Shown here: in pieces, positions 1 through 10,348 of the stretch
Layout: each line of letters opens with the position of its first letter
Numbering within the stretch: the first letter of the stretch is position 1
Assembly (NCBI GenBank): GCA_013239625.1
Contig: MU054049.1
Location: 1,439,015-1,489,595, forward strand
Direction: 5' to 3'
DNA from: Lama guanicoe
Lineage: Eukaryota
DNA: 50,581 nucleotides
The notes under the pieces: generated by a model
What the model saw: the letters and a program-made list of their open reading frames with translations, nothing else
Told to the model about the DNA's origin: nothing
Databases searched by the model: none
Made by a program: the position numbers and the translations under genes

Positions 1-169
1 AACCTGAGCCCACTCTGGGGTCTGTACTTGCTGTTTTATCTAACTTTTCATGTCCTCATCTCCTCACCCCTGCCCCGGCCAGGCCTCTTCTAGGCACTGG
101 AGGTGCGTACCCAGTGGTGGAGGTCAGGGTCCCAGCATCCTCAGACAGAATCCAGCAGGGAATGCAGTG

Positions 170-890
170 AACCACCTCACACCTACTGGGATGGCAACCA
201 TCCAAAATGAAAACACGTGCTGGCAAGGATGTGGGGAAACTGGAACTCCTGTGCACTGTTAGTGGATGTGGAAAGTGGTGCAGCCGCTCTGGAAAACAGT
301 ACGGTGACCCCTCAAACAATTAAAAACAGAACTACCATATGATCCAGCAATTCCACGTCTGGGTATGTCCCCAGAAGAATAGAAAGCAAGCTCTTGACCA
401 GGTATTTGGACACCCGTGCTCATAGCAGCATCATTCACAATGGCCAAAAGGTGAACACAACCCAAGTGTCCACTGATGGATGAATGGATAAACAAAATGT
501 GGTCTATACATACAAAGCAATACTATTCAGCCTTCAAAAGGAAGGAAATTCTGACACATGTTGCAACATGAATGATCCCTGAGGACACTGCTAAGTGAAT
601 TAACCAGTCACAAAAAGACAAATACTGGATGGTACCCCTCCTATGAGGTACCTGGAGTAGTGAGATTCATAGAGACAGGAAGCAGAATGGTGGTTTCTGG
701 GGACTGTGGGGAGGAGAGAATAGGGGTGGTGTAATGGGCACACAGTTCAGTTTTGCAAGATGAAAAAGTTCTGCAGGTGGAGGGTGGTGATGGTTGCAGA
801 ACAGTATGAATGCACTTAACACAACTGACCTATACACTTACAGTGGTTAAGGTGGTGAATTCTATGTCTTGTATATTTCACCATCTTTTT
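170..890 (+). mobile_element. Old L1 (L1M-type) 3' fragment: end of ORF2 plus 3'UTR
   Basis: Typical L1 motifs (gaactaccatatgatccagcaattcca, gatgaatggataaacaaaatgtgg, tacacttacagtggttaaggtggtgaattctatg), degenerate. Boundaries approximate. Confidence 0.9.
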
Positions 891-899
891 TTAAAAGAA

Positions 900-1320
900 T
901 AAGAGAATATAATGAAGGGGCTGTAACCGAGGTGTAGGCAGAATTAGGGAGACCCCAGGATGTGGGGTCACTCAGAAAGAGCGGCAGTCATCCTCCCTGC
1001 AGCCCTCGGGGGCAAGGGCAGCAGTGTTGCAGGGCCCAGGGAGAGTCAGAGCCCAGGGGAGGCGTCGAAGTTAGAGAGGACTGCAGTGTTGCCAGGACCT
1101 CACACCACAGCCAGGAGCAGGGATGGGATGGGGCAGGGAGAGGGGAAAATGCCAGGGATACTGGCTCCCCTCCCTCCAAGCTCCTACCAGCATCTCCCAC
1201 TGGCCACAGCCAAGGGCAAGCCAGAGAGTGAAGAGCCCAGAGGATGCAGGCTCTGGGGGGCTGTGCCCTCTTGGGGTGGCTATGAGCCAAGGGCAATATG
1301 TGAGCAGACATCCTAGTGGC
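900..1320 (-). mobile_element. ERVL-type LTR (LTR33-like) fragment; a further piece probably lies at ~115-165, split off by the L1
   Basis: Resembles the recalled LTR33 consensus (ctcccactggccacagccaagggcaagccagagagtgaagagcccagaggatgcag). Confidence 0.6.
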
Positions 1321-1509
1321 TCCTGAGCTCCTGGTTCTTAGAGTCTAAGGAGGGGAGAGGCATCAAAGAAGTACATTTTATTTTAGAACCTACTCAGTAC
1401 CACAAAGAAGATAAACCAGGCGCTGTGACAGATAGTGAGAAGGGAACACCCACCGTGGGACACCAGGGAGGGTCTCTCTGCAAAAATGACACATCTGAAC
1501 TTTAGGCAG

Positions 1510-1871
1510 TGTAGTAGTCAGGCTTCTCCAGAGGAATAGAACCAATAGAATGTATAGGGAGAGAGAGATGGAGATTTACTGTAAAGGAACTGGCTCATGT
1601 AATGGCAGGACTGGCAGGCAGGCTGGACACCCAAGGCGGAATCGATTCTCCAGCTCCAGGCCAAAGACTGGAGGTAGAATTGCCTCTGGCTTGGGGTATC
1701 TCAGCCTTGTGGATTCTGGAGAGTCATCTGCTTTACTCAAAGTCTAGTGGTTTCGATGTTAATTACATCTTTAAAGATATATCTATCTTCACAGCAACAT
1801 CTAGACTGGCATTTGACCAAAAACTGGGCACCATGGCCCAGCCAGCTTGACACATAAAATCAACCATCACA
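1510..1871 (-). mobile_element. MLT2-type ERVL solo LTR
   Basis: TG...CA ends (tgtagtagtcaggcttctccagag ... ttgacacataaaatcaaccatcaca) with near-TSD ggcag/ggcac; matches the recalled MLT2 consensus. Confidence 0.85.
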
Positions 1872-1944
1872 GGCACGGTTGCCCATCTGGACCAGCGTGT
1901 CTTTATTACATGGAGCCACTAAGTTGGATATGGTATTCATACCC

Positions 1945-1964
1945 TGCACTTCTTTCTTTTGCAG
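1945..1964 (+). other. C10orf71: Splice acceptor of the C10orf71 coding exon (exon starts 1965; 144 nt of ATG-free 5'UTR precede the start codon)
   Basis: Polypyrimidine tract tgcacttctttcttttgcAG; no ATG between 1965 and 2108. Confidence 0.8.
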
Positions 1965-2108
1965 AAAAATAAAACTCCCACTTCGCCATTGCATCTGATC
2001 ATCAGGAAACTCTGATTTTGTGACAAGAGGGCTGCATCCAACCCTTCCAGAAGCATCACCCAGGGGTGCCCACTGGCTGACGGGGACGGTCTTCCTGGCT
2101 GACAGACG

Positions 2109-5100
2109 ATGCAGGGGAGTAAGAAGTGCACAGACGGCTTTAGCGACTCCTCGAGCATCGGCAGTGTGCTGGACGATGCGGACCGGGAGGTGAGCAGCCT
2201 CACAGACCGGGCATTCCGGAGCTTGTGCATCTCAGAGGACGCCTCCTTCCATGACTCCGACCTGGCCCTGTCCCCGGATATCACCCGCCAGGTGTTCGGG
2301 AATCTGCATCAGGGAACGGTGAGCCACACCCACCGGAAAAGTGGCCTTTGGAGCCAGTTACCATCACAAGGCACCGAGCACGCGGGCTGGGCGGCCACGT
2401 TCCAACAGCTGCCCAAGTACGTTCAAGGGGAGGAGAAATACCCCAAAAGCAGCCCCCCGCTGACACCAGCCCAGAGGAGACTGGAGGTGCCCGTTTCCGG
2501 CCTGAGGAGCAGCAACAAGCCTATTTCCAAAGTATCATCACTAATTAAATCTTTCGACAGGACTGAGAGCCAACGCTGTGACAGCAGACCACCTCCGAGC
2601 AAGCCTCCGGCTCTCAAAAATCCCCCCAAATTTGCTCCTCTTCCAGAAAGTGGCGTCAACTTCTGCTTCGATTCTGCCTTTTTGACCGTCAGGAGGGTGC
2701 CTGCCGAAGTCTCCAGCACCCATCAGACTAGCCACCAGCCTGGCAGGAAGCACGGAGAGGAGTCCCCCAAGAACCCCGAAATGGCCTGTCACGGAGCCAG
2801 CAGCTTTCTCCCAGCACCCGAAAACGCGGGTAACTCGTTTGAGTCAAAGTTTCCTTCTCCAGCCCACAAGGCAGCCACAGGTGAGCCTGGAAGGGGCAAG
2901 GAGTGGGCTCCCAAGGGGACTTTTCTTCATAGTGAAAACAGTGCTTTTGAGTCCTGGAACGCCCACCAGCCGAGGCTGCCTGAGAGGAAGGATGCTGCTG
3001 ATGCTGCCCCAGAAGGCAAGGCTCCCGTGCATTATGAAGACACGCCCTTGTTAAGAGAGCCCCCGGTCCCCGAGCACAAAGTCTCCCCCTGCCACGTCCG
3101 GGCCAGCTGTGGTCAGGAAGAGAATAGGCTGGCCGCAGGGACTCTCCCCACCTCTGGACCCTGGGCATCTAGGGATCCCGGAGCCCAGATATTTGCTACG
3201 GAGGGAAAAGCTTCCAGCTCACAGCCTGACCCTCAGGTGAAGCCAAACCACGCCCCCTGGAGGAAACCAAAGCCTGGCAAAGGAACGAAAGAAAGTCTAC
3301 AGGAGGCTTCGGGAGAGAGGAAGCAGGCCAACAGGAGAGGCCCAGCCTTGTATACAAAGCACAATCCCCAGGAGCAATTTCCAGAAAATGATGCTCTTGA
3401 CATGCCTGTGGACCCCAGCGAGCATTACGATCCTCCTTTCAACATCAGTAAGCTGTTGACCCCCATCATACCCACCAAGCATGTCCCGGAGTCATCCGAC
3501 AGCCAGCTGGTGGAGACAACCCCGTCGCCCCCAGGACAGCTAAACGGATACCAAGAGAAGGAGCCCAGCGAATGTCAGTCCCGGGACAGCTACAAGTCCA
3601 AAGCCCCTAGCTTGCTGTTCAACCTCAAGGACGTGCGCAAGCGCGTGAAGAGCACATACAGTCCCTCGCCTCTCTTGAAAGGTCTCGATGAGAAAGCCAG
3701 AGGCCAGCAAGACTCCCTGAGCAACGGCGTCCTCCTTCCCAACGGGCTTGAGGAAAGCCCGCCAGACAAGCTGTGTAAGGAGAGACCCGCTGAAGCCCCT
3801 TCTGTGTCGCTAGTCAGTACCCAGAAGGACCCCAAAGCCGACCCCAGTGCAGCCGCTGCAGACAACAACCTAATTCTAACCTCACCATCAGCTACCACCA
3901 AAGCTCCCTTCTGTGTCAACGGCGAGGCTGCCGACAGGAACGGCTATGAGAAGGATGATGCCAATGGAGAATCAGAGATGGGTACCTCCAGGCCCGGCTG
4001 GTGTCCAGACTCCCGGGAACGCTACCCCAGGAAACACCTGTCCCTGAAGCTTTGCAGGGGAGACTCCGAGGTGGGGAAGACTGTGGAGAACCCGAAGACC
4101 CTCGGCCTAGAGAATGGGTTCTTGAGATCCATCTCTCAAGAGACAGAACCCGAGAGAGAGGTAGGACTTCAGAATCCAAACTTCAACCAGAAATTCTCCC
4201 CAGGGCCCCTTTCTCCCGAGGAGGAAGATGTGTTTTATAGCGATACCCAGTCTGATTTTATGCCAGGCCTCAAAGGTAGGGCCAAATTCAGCACCAGCTC
4301 TTCGGATCAGTCTTTTGCCTCGTTCGAGGATCAGCAGAAGATGTGGTTCACCGAGAGCCAGCGGGAAGACAGGAGGAATGACGTGAGTGCAGGTGACAGT
4401 CAGACGGATGAGCAGGAGAAAGTGATGGAGGAAGCTGAGCTACATTACTGCCCCTTAAACAGTGGGCACGCACGCGTGGAGGAGCTCAGCAAGAGGGAAT
4501 CGTTGCAAGGTGAAGAGGAAAGTTTGCCTGGAGGTAGCCCCGGGAAGGCATCGAGGAAGGAAGCTAATTTCAGAGGCACTTGGGTTGGGGGAAGTAAGGA
4601 TACCTCTCTTTCCCATGCCAAAGACCTAACCCCTTCACCATCGTCCACTTCAAACAAGCACATACTGTTTGCAATTAAAGACAACACCCTCAGGGCCACC
4701 CCTGTGATAAAACCCATCATGCTGCCCCTCTTGAGGGTCATGTCCTCAGAGTCCCCTCTGGGCAGTAGCCACAATGAGGAGGAATTGCCAAGGCCGGGCT
4801 GGAGCGGGGACGCTGGCCTTTGTGCTCCGGAGAGCCAGGAAATGCCCAGCACTCCAACATCTACCAGCGTGCGGGGTACACACTTTAAGGGCGTGACCTG
4901 TGAGGGTATGGAGGACCACGTGCGGGTGCCCAGTGAGGCCAGGACAGAAACCTCCCATCCAGCTCCAAAGAGGTATGTCCCAACTCCTCCAGTCACTAGA
5001 GAGGGCCAAGGGCTGAAGCCAACCCCAGACATCGCATGGCAAGTTGTGGCAAATGACCGTAAGAGCAATTCTGCAGACCAGGGGAAGCTGGATGCTCCAA

Positions 5101-6407
5101 AGTGCATCCCCACGATCGCTTTGCCCGAAGGTGACCTGGAAGACCAGCCACCTCCACAGCAGCTCGGAACTTGTTGGGAAGAGCAGACACAAGGCTTCCA
5201 AAGTCACCTTTTGTCGACACCCAGGGCAGGGCCCCCGGGGAGAAGATTGGTCCCCGGGGGGATGGCGGTGTCCCCCAACGCCAACTCCCTGGAGGAGAAC
5301 AGCGTGTGCTCCCCTGCCACCAGTAGCATTTGGGACGATGCTTCCCAGGCCCCCAGTGAGCTAAGCCTGCTGCCAGGGGAGCCTCCCCACAGCAGCCACT
5401 GGTCCAGCCCCAGCCCTGGCAGGGTGGCCCGCAGGGAGGACCTGACACATGCCTTCACGTGGGAGGCTGGATCCGACCCCCAACTTGAGCCATCAGCAGA
5501 AGACCTCAGGACGCTTTCTCCAAGAGGCTCCTTGCTGGATGTGGCCACCAGCTCAGCAGGCCTCCGGGAGAAGCCAGGGCCCCCTACTCAGCTGGACAGG
5601 GCAGCCGGCAAGCCACCCGCAGTCCCGCCCAAAACAGAGAAGGCCCTGCGGCGGGCGAAGAAGTTGGCAAGCAAGAGGAGAAAGATCGACCAGCCGCAAG
5701 AAAGGCATGGCGAACGCCGAGAGGAAAGGCTCCATCCTGAGGACTCAGAGCAGAGGCCACCATCCCCCGGAGAGAAGCCCCAGCCCAGGTTCCCCGTGGT
5801 CCGCTCCCTGCCCCCTCCCACGCACCGCCACTCAGTGTCAGCCTTCTCAGAGCCGGTCCGACGGCGGCCTGGGGGGTCCCAGTCCCTTACACCCCTGCCC
5901 GCTTTCCCTGCCACCCAGAAGGTCCTCCAAGACCCCCAGTCTGGAGAGTACTTTGTCTTCGATCTGCCACTCCAGGTGAAAATCAAGACCTTCTATGACC
6001 CAGAGACAGGCAAATATGTCAAGGTCTCCATCCCAGCCTCTGAGAGAGGTTCCCCGGAGCCAACCCCCCCAGACGCACTTGCTGCTCCCTACGTGCTGTA
6101 CCCCGGCTTCCGGCCCCTGCCCATGACAGCCCTGATGCCCCTGCGCTGCTCCTCTCAGCTCTCCGCCCCCACCTTCCTAAGGCAGCCCCCTCACATCACC
6201 GAGGCAGTGGGCCCCAGGCCCCAGAGCGCCCATGATGCTGCCCTGCAGCTGGCCTCTGAGCCTCCTGGCGACCCCACCCAGCACTCGGCAGGCCGGCGCC
6301 CTGAGGGGCCACCCCAGAGCCCGGGGGAGGGTGGGGAAGATGCTCCAAGCCTGGGCATCATCTCTACCAATGACCTGGAGGACTTTGCCACAGAAGGCAT
6401 TTCTTGA
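2109..6407 (+). CDS. C10orf71: Cardiac-enriched FHL2-interacting protein (CEFIP), 1432 aa; uninterrupted CDS, Pro/Ser-rich and likely disordered, C-terminal DUF4585-like region
   Basis: By far the longest ORF. N-terminus MQGSKKCTDGFSDSSSIGSVLDDADREVSSLTDRAFRSLCISED and C-terminus QKVLQDPQSGEYFVFDLPLQVKIKTFYDPETGKYVKV...DLEDFATEGIS recognised as C10orf71; adjacency to DRGX matches known synteny. Confidence 0.97.
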   Translation: MQGSKKCTDGFSDSSSIGSVLDDADREVSSLTDRAFRSLCISEDASFHDSDLALSPDITRQVFGNLHQGTVSHTHRKSGLWSQLPSQGTEHAGWAATFQQLPKYVQGEEKYPKSSPPLTPAQRRLEVPVSGLRSSNKPISKVSSLIKSFDRTESQRCDSRPPPSKPPALKNPPKFAPLPESGVNFCFDSAFLTVRRVPAEVSSTHQTSHQPGRKHGEESPKNPEMACHGASSFLPAPENAGNSFESKFPSPAHKAATGEPGRGKEWAPKGTFLHSENSAFESWNAHQPRLPERKDAADAAPEGKAPVHYEDTPLLREPPVPEHKVSPCHVRASCGQEENRLAAGTLPTSGPWASRDPGAQIFATEGKASSSQPDPQVKPNHAPWRKPKPGKGTKESLQEASGERKQANRRGPALYTKHNPQEQFPENDALDMPVDPSEHYDPPFNISKLLTPIIPTKHVPESSDSQLVETTPSPPGQLNGYQEKEPSECQSRDSYKSKAPSLLFNLKDVRKRVKSTYSPSPLLKGLDEKARGQQDSLSNGVLLPNGLEESPPDKLCKERPAEAPSVSLVSTQKDPKADPSAAAADNNLILTSPSATTKAPFCVNGEAADRNGYEKDDANGESEMGTSRPGWCPDSRERYPRKHLSLKLCRGDSEVGKTVENPKTLGLENGFLRSISQETEPEREVGLQNPNFNQKFSPGPLSPEEEDVFYSDTQSDFMPGLKGRAKFSTSSSDQSFASFEDQQKMWFTESQREDRRNDVSAGDSQTDEQEKVMEEAELHYCPLNSGHARVEELSKRESLQGEEESLPGGSPGKASRKEANFRGTWVGGSKDTSLSHAKDLTPSPSSTSNKHILFAIKDNTLRATPVIKPIMLPLLRVMSSESPLGSSHNEEELPRPGWSGDAGLCAPESQEMPSTPTSTSVRGTHFKGVTCEGMEDHVRVPSEARTETSHPAPKRYVPTPPVTREGQGLKPTPDIAWQVVANDRKSNSADQGKLDAPKCIPTIALPEGDLEDQPPPQQLGTCWEEQTQGFQSHLLSTPRAGPPGRRLVPGGMAVSPNANSLEENSVCSPATSSIWDDASQAPSELSLLPGEPPHSSHWSSPSPGRVARREDLTHAFTWEAGSDPQLEPSAEDLRTLSPRGSLLDVATSSAGLREKPGPPTQLDRAAGKPPAVPPKTEKALRRAKKLASKRRKIDQPQERHGERREERLHPEDSEQRPPSPGEKPQPRFPVVRSLPPPTHRHSVSAFSEPVRRRPGGSQSLTPLPAFPATQKVLQDPQSGEYFVFDLPLQVKIKTFYDPETGKYVKVSIPASERGSPEPTPPDALAAPYVLYPGFRPLPMTALMPLRCSSQLSAPTFLRQPPHITEAVGPRPQSAHDAALQLASEPPGDPTQHSAGRRPEGPPQSPGEGGEDAPSLGIISTNDLEDFATEGIS

Positions 6408-6492
6408 GAATTACAGCAGACGAACTCCCCTCCTAGTAAACCCCGGATAGCTTACTTGCCCCTCCCCCAGACCACTCAGTCCCCACCCCCAA

Positions 6493-6523
6493 ACACACGC
6501 ACACACACACACACACACACACA
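6493..6523 (+). repeat. (CA)n microsatellite in the C10orf71 3'UTR
   Basis: acacacgcacacacacacacacacacacaca seen directly. Confidence 0.95.
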
Positions 6524-7838
6524 TACTCAGCCATTTGAGATCCCTGAAGTCTTCAAGGAAGAGGGGACCCTGAGAAAACCCCACCTGAAGGCTCCCTGGG
6601 GCTCCCCCCTCGGGAAGCGTGCTGCTCCACTCACATGATCCCGTCCTTTCCGAGCCCCTTCCCACATGCCAGATCTGCTCACTTCTTTTCTTCTCCCCTC
6701 CCCACCTCCCTGTCCTTCTCCCCTGGCCCTGCCACCAGGGTGGGTCTAGCCTGATTTCTAACGGACTCCCCACCCCCACCCCCACCCCACTAACAGACAG
6801 CATCCCACCCACTCCTCCTCAAGGGCCGGCACACAGCGGGCAAACCCGCAGCCCGCCAGGAATGCTGCACCGCGCTGAGCCTGGCTGAGCAAGCGGAGCG
6901 CCCGGCACACCCTCTTCTAGGTCAGAGCGGCCACCTGTCCCTCGCTCGGACGCAGCAGTCCATCAGGCTCACCTCAGGGGAAAATGGCTGAGGACCTACC
7001 CAAGGCAACTTTGCAGAAATGTTTATTTGAATAGAATGGGTTTTCTTTCCGGAGGAAACTTTCCTCTGAAGGCTATTTTCTGATCACCTTGTAAAAAGTG
7101 AAACAAGTTTGCAGATGTGATTCCGTCACTGAACTCCTGTCTTTCTTCTGTGCGCAGTGGTGGGTCTGCGCTGGTGAGTGAAGGGTCCTGCCTTCCAGGT
7201 CCTCCATCGCAGCTGGGCAGCCACCCAGGATCTCCACTCTGAACAGGGCGCGGCCGCAGCATCCACTGCGGTCCCAGTGTCCCTGCTCAGTCCTTCTGCA
7301 GCTGCCCCAGCCTTTTTGGGCCAAGTTCTCCACTAGTGCTTGCCGGGGCAGAGATAAGAAGGACCCAAGCTTGCCATCAAGGATCACCCTGGACCTGAAT
7401 CAGGCCCTGACTGTCCCAATTTAGTGACCAGTATCTGTGTCCTGTGCTCAAAAGGAAATTGTGTTTCCCCCCAGGTCCCTCTGGGAGGTGGGGGGAAGTA
7501 TCTGAATCCACACAGGGGAACAGGATCCCACCTCTGAGCCTCTGAGAGCAGGGAGGGTCTGTGCGCAGATGCCCACTCTGGGCTACGTCCTGGGAAGGAA
7601 GCCAGGCTGGCCCTCGTGGGCTTTAGCTCAGGGCTTCTGCTGACGCCTCTTCATTCTTGTGCTGTGGGAAAGGCGGGGGCTAGAGCGCCTCCCTCCTTGT
7701 GTAGAAAGGGCAGCTGTCCAGGCAGCTGTTGGGACTGCGCTGCCCACGCCCCAGGGGACCACCCAAAACGCATCGCCCTGGTTCTTTTGGCAAAGATGCC
7801 GTTTCTAGGGTGAAAAGATGGGGAGGCATCCGCCACCC

Positions 7839-8452
7839 TGTTGCAGCAAAGTGTGTTACAGCTCAGTGTTACAGCTTAGTTGTGACAGCAACGTGGATCC
7901 GGTGAGAGAGCAAGCAGCACTCGGAGAGTTGGAGAACTCAGGTTTATTACACCAGCAGGCCCAGAGGAGTTAACACTCCAAGCTCTGGACCTGGTCTGTA
8001 GGTTTACACAGGCTTTTATAGGCTGCCAGTCTACACTATGCAACATCATATGCAAATAAGGTATAACAAATTGTCTATTTAGGAACAATTCATTTGTAGA
8101 AATCCATTTGTAGAAATGGATCAGTCAGGAGTGATAGAAATGGACCAACCAGGAGTGAGCCCCATGCAAATGAGGTGCTACAAATGGACCAATCAGGAGT
8201 TAGCTCAGGGAACCAATAGAATCTTAGGGGTAAGTTCCACTTTCCTAGAAGCAAGCCATTTCAGAGGCAAAGAGCAAGATAATGCCGCTGGGCCAGGGAA
8301 ACAACCGGATGGTGCTGGCAGGAGAGTAGTGGCCCTGCCTGGGAATCCTGCCGTCTTTTTCATGGGGCTTCCCACCTCAGCCCTCCCAGTCCCAGACTCA
8401 CAGAAATACTGAACGTATTCTCGGTCATGATCTGAATTCAGGATTTTCTACC
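7839..8452 (-). mobile_element. ERV1-like solo LTR, copy 1 (TATA, CCAAT, octamer and polyA motifs on - strand)
   Basis: Minus strand: TATAAAAG (8013-8020), AATAAA (7943-7948), ends ...tgcaaCA at 7839. ATGCAAAT at 8050-8057 and 8164-8171. Reverse-complement homologue at 40600-41220. Confidence 0.88.
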
Positions 8453-9309
8453 TGTTTGTTTTCCCAGTGAGTGCAGCTGCGCCTTAATTTCACATGAAAA
8501 TGCCACACAAGTCCCCTAGCCTGATGCTGGTAGATTTGTCAATGCCTGGTCAGTCAGCTAGATGGCCAGCCAGGCATTCAGGCAGGCCATTGTCTGAGAA
8601 ACCTTGTTCCCACAAGTCACTCCCTTGGGTGTGAGTGAAGAGAGCACTGCTGTGATTTTTGGTGATTGTCACCAAAGCACCAAGCATCTTGTCACCTATG
8701 TTCATCTTACAAAAAAGGAAAAGTAACAGCACTTTTTAAAATTCTCGGGGCCCAGGAAAAGAATTGCCTAACAAAAGCAGAGTCCCTGAGTTTAAAAAAA
8801 TTAACCATAGTTACAGTAGCTATGTCCCCACAAGGAAAAATATATTTTACATAAAGGGATCCTATGTTTGGGGACCAGTTATCTTCTGTCTTAGAAGCAA
8901 TATGAGCAGGGCTATTGATGGAGCTAAAAATGTAAAGGAAGATATTTGGAGACCAAAGTCAACTCCCCAGTCCTCTTTGCCCCTATGGATATAAAAGAGG
9001 AATGAGATGCCTGGCAGGAGGCAGCATCCACTCACAAATCTAGAAAGATCCCTTGGACACCTGGCTCCCCAGCAAGTCAGCTGGCAAGAAGGTCTCCATC
9101 ACTTACAGCAAAGTGCCTAAGTTCCAAAGAAGCAGTGATGCCTCCACAGGACCAAAGTCACTGAAGACCAACTCATTTGCAAATGACGTTCTCTTTCTGT
9201 TTTTTTTTTTGGTTTGGGGTTGGAGAGGATCATTTATGCCCCCTTCCCTCCTCCCCTCTTCCTCCTTTCCTCCTTCCTTTTTTTTTTTTTTAACCCTTTC
9301 TTCCCTCCC

Positions 9310-9550
9310 TCCCTTTACAAACATTTTCAGAGTTCCTGCTCCGTGCTGGGCACTTGGCTGGGCACCAAAGAACCATGATAAAAAGATCTGGTCTCTATGC
9401 TCAGGAAATTAAAATCTAACAGAGAAGAAAGATGATTACAGTCCCACACGGTAAGTGATCTAATAGGATGATCAGGGGAGCCTCTGACTCAGCCTGGAAG
9501 GCAAAACGGCTTCCTATGGAAATGGCACCTGAGCTGAACCAGGAAACACA
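9310..9550 (-). mobile_element. L2 LINE fragment
   Basis: caaacattttcagagttcctgctccgtgctgggcact...ctctatgctcaggaaattaaaatcta, typical reverse L2 3' end. Confidence 0.65.
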
Positions 9551-10217
9551 CATAGTAGTACATCAGCTTATGAAGAAACAAGAATTTCCCCACCTTTAAT
9601 CTGTCTGTCAAACAAAGATGACATGTGTTAAATACTAGTAGATTTGTCTTGCCTTCTCAAAGTGTATGGGTTTAGCAATTCTAATCAGTGCAGGAGTGGA
9701 ACCAGGGTAACCTGGCAGGATAGACCTTTGTTAATATGGCCTTCAGCTTCTGAATTGAAATTTCACTCATGTGAGTTGCCCATTAAAACCGCTAGTCCTA
9801 CCATTGTGTTTAATAGGATAGTGGTGAGAGTTGTGAACATATTGTTTGGGAAGATTGTAGGTAAAGGTCACACCTGCATCTTCTGTTTAGTGCACTGGCC
9901 CTTTCTGTGAGTTACGGCCCTTCCAAGTGTCTCTTGGGGAGGGGACATAAATGCAGAGCAACTCGAGGGAACAGTCAAAGGTCCTGGGGCTGCTAAGCGG
10001 AAAATGACTAAGAGCTCACGTGGTCCATCGGACGCCCTGTGCCAGCCCCTGAATGAGGAGATTCGAGTCTGACCTCGGTCCTCACCGCAAACCCACGAGA
10101 GGTGCCCTCAATAGCTTCATGTTACCATCAAGGAAGCAAAGGCACTGGGACGTGGAGTAACTCCCCTCAGTCAACAGTCACCAAGTGAGGGGCCCACTCA
10201 GGAACTCATCCCCCCAA

Positions 10218-10348
10218 TCATGCTTCTCTAAGTGGGGTCCATGGAACCGCCACATCACCAGGGAGCTTGTTAGAAATCCATACTCTCCATCTGCATTTTC
10301 AGAAGATTCCCCAGTGATTTGTTTGCACATTAAACTTTAAGAGGTGCT
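10218..10348. mobile_element. MER5-like hAT-Charlie MITE
   Basis: catcaccagggagcttgttagaaat...atctgcattttcagaagattccccagtgatttgtttgcacattaaactttaaga matches the recalled MER5 consensus. Confidence 0.75.

Noticed and set aside
4445..5986. Long antisense and alternate-frame ORFs overlapping C10orf71
   Set aside because: Expected shadow ORFs in GC-rich coding DNA; no recognisable protein features.
7052..7066. Palindrome gaggaaa-c-tttcctc in the C10orf71 3'UTR
   Set aside because: Only a 7-bp arm with a 1-nt loop; expected by chance in 50 kb.
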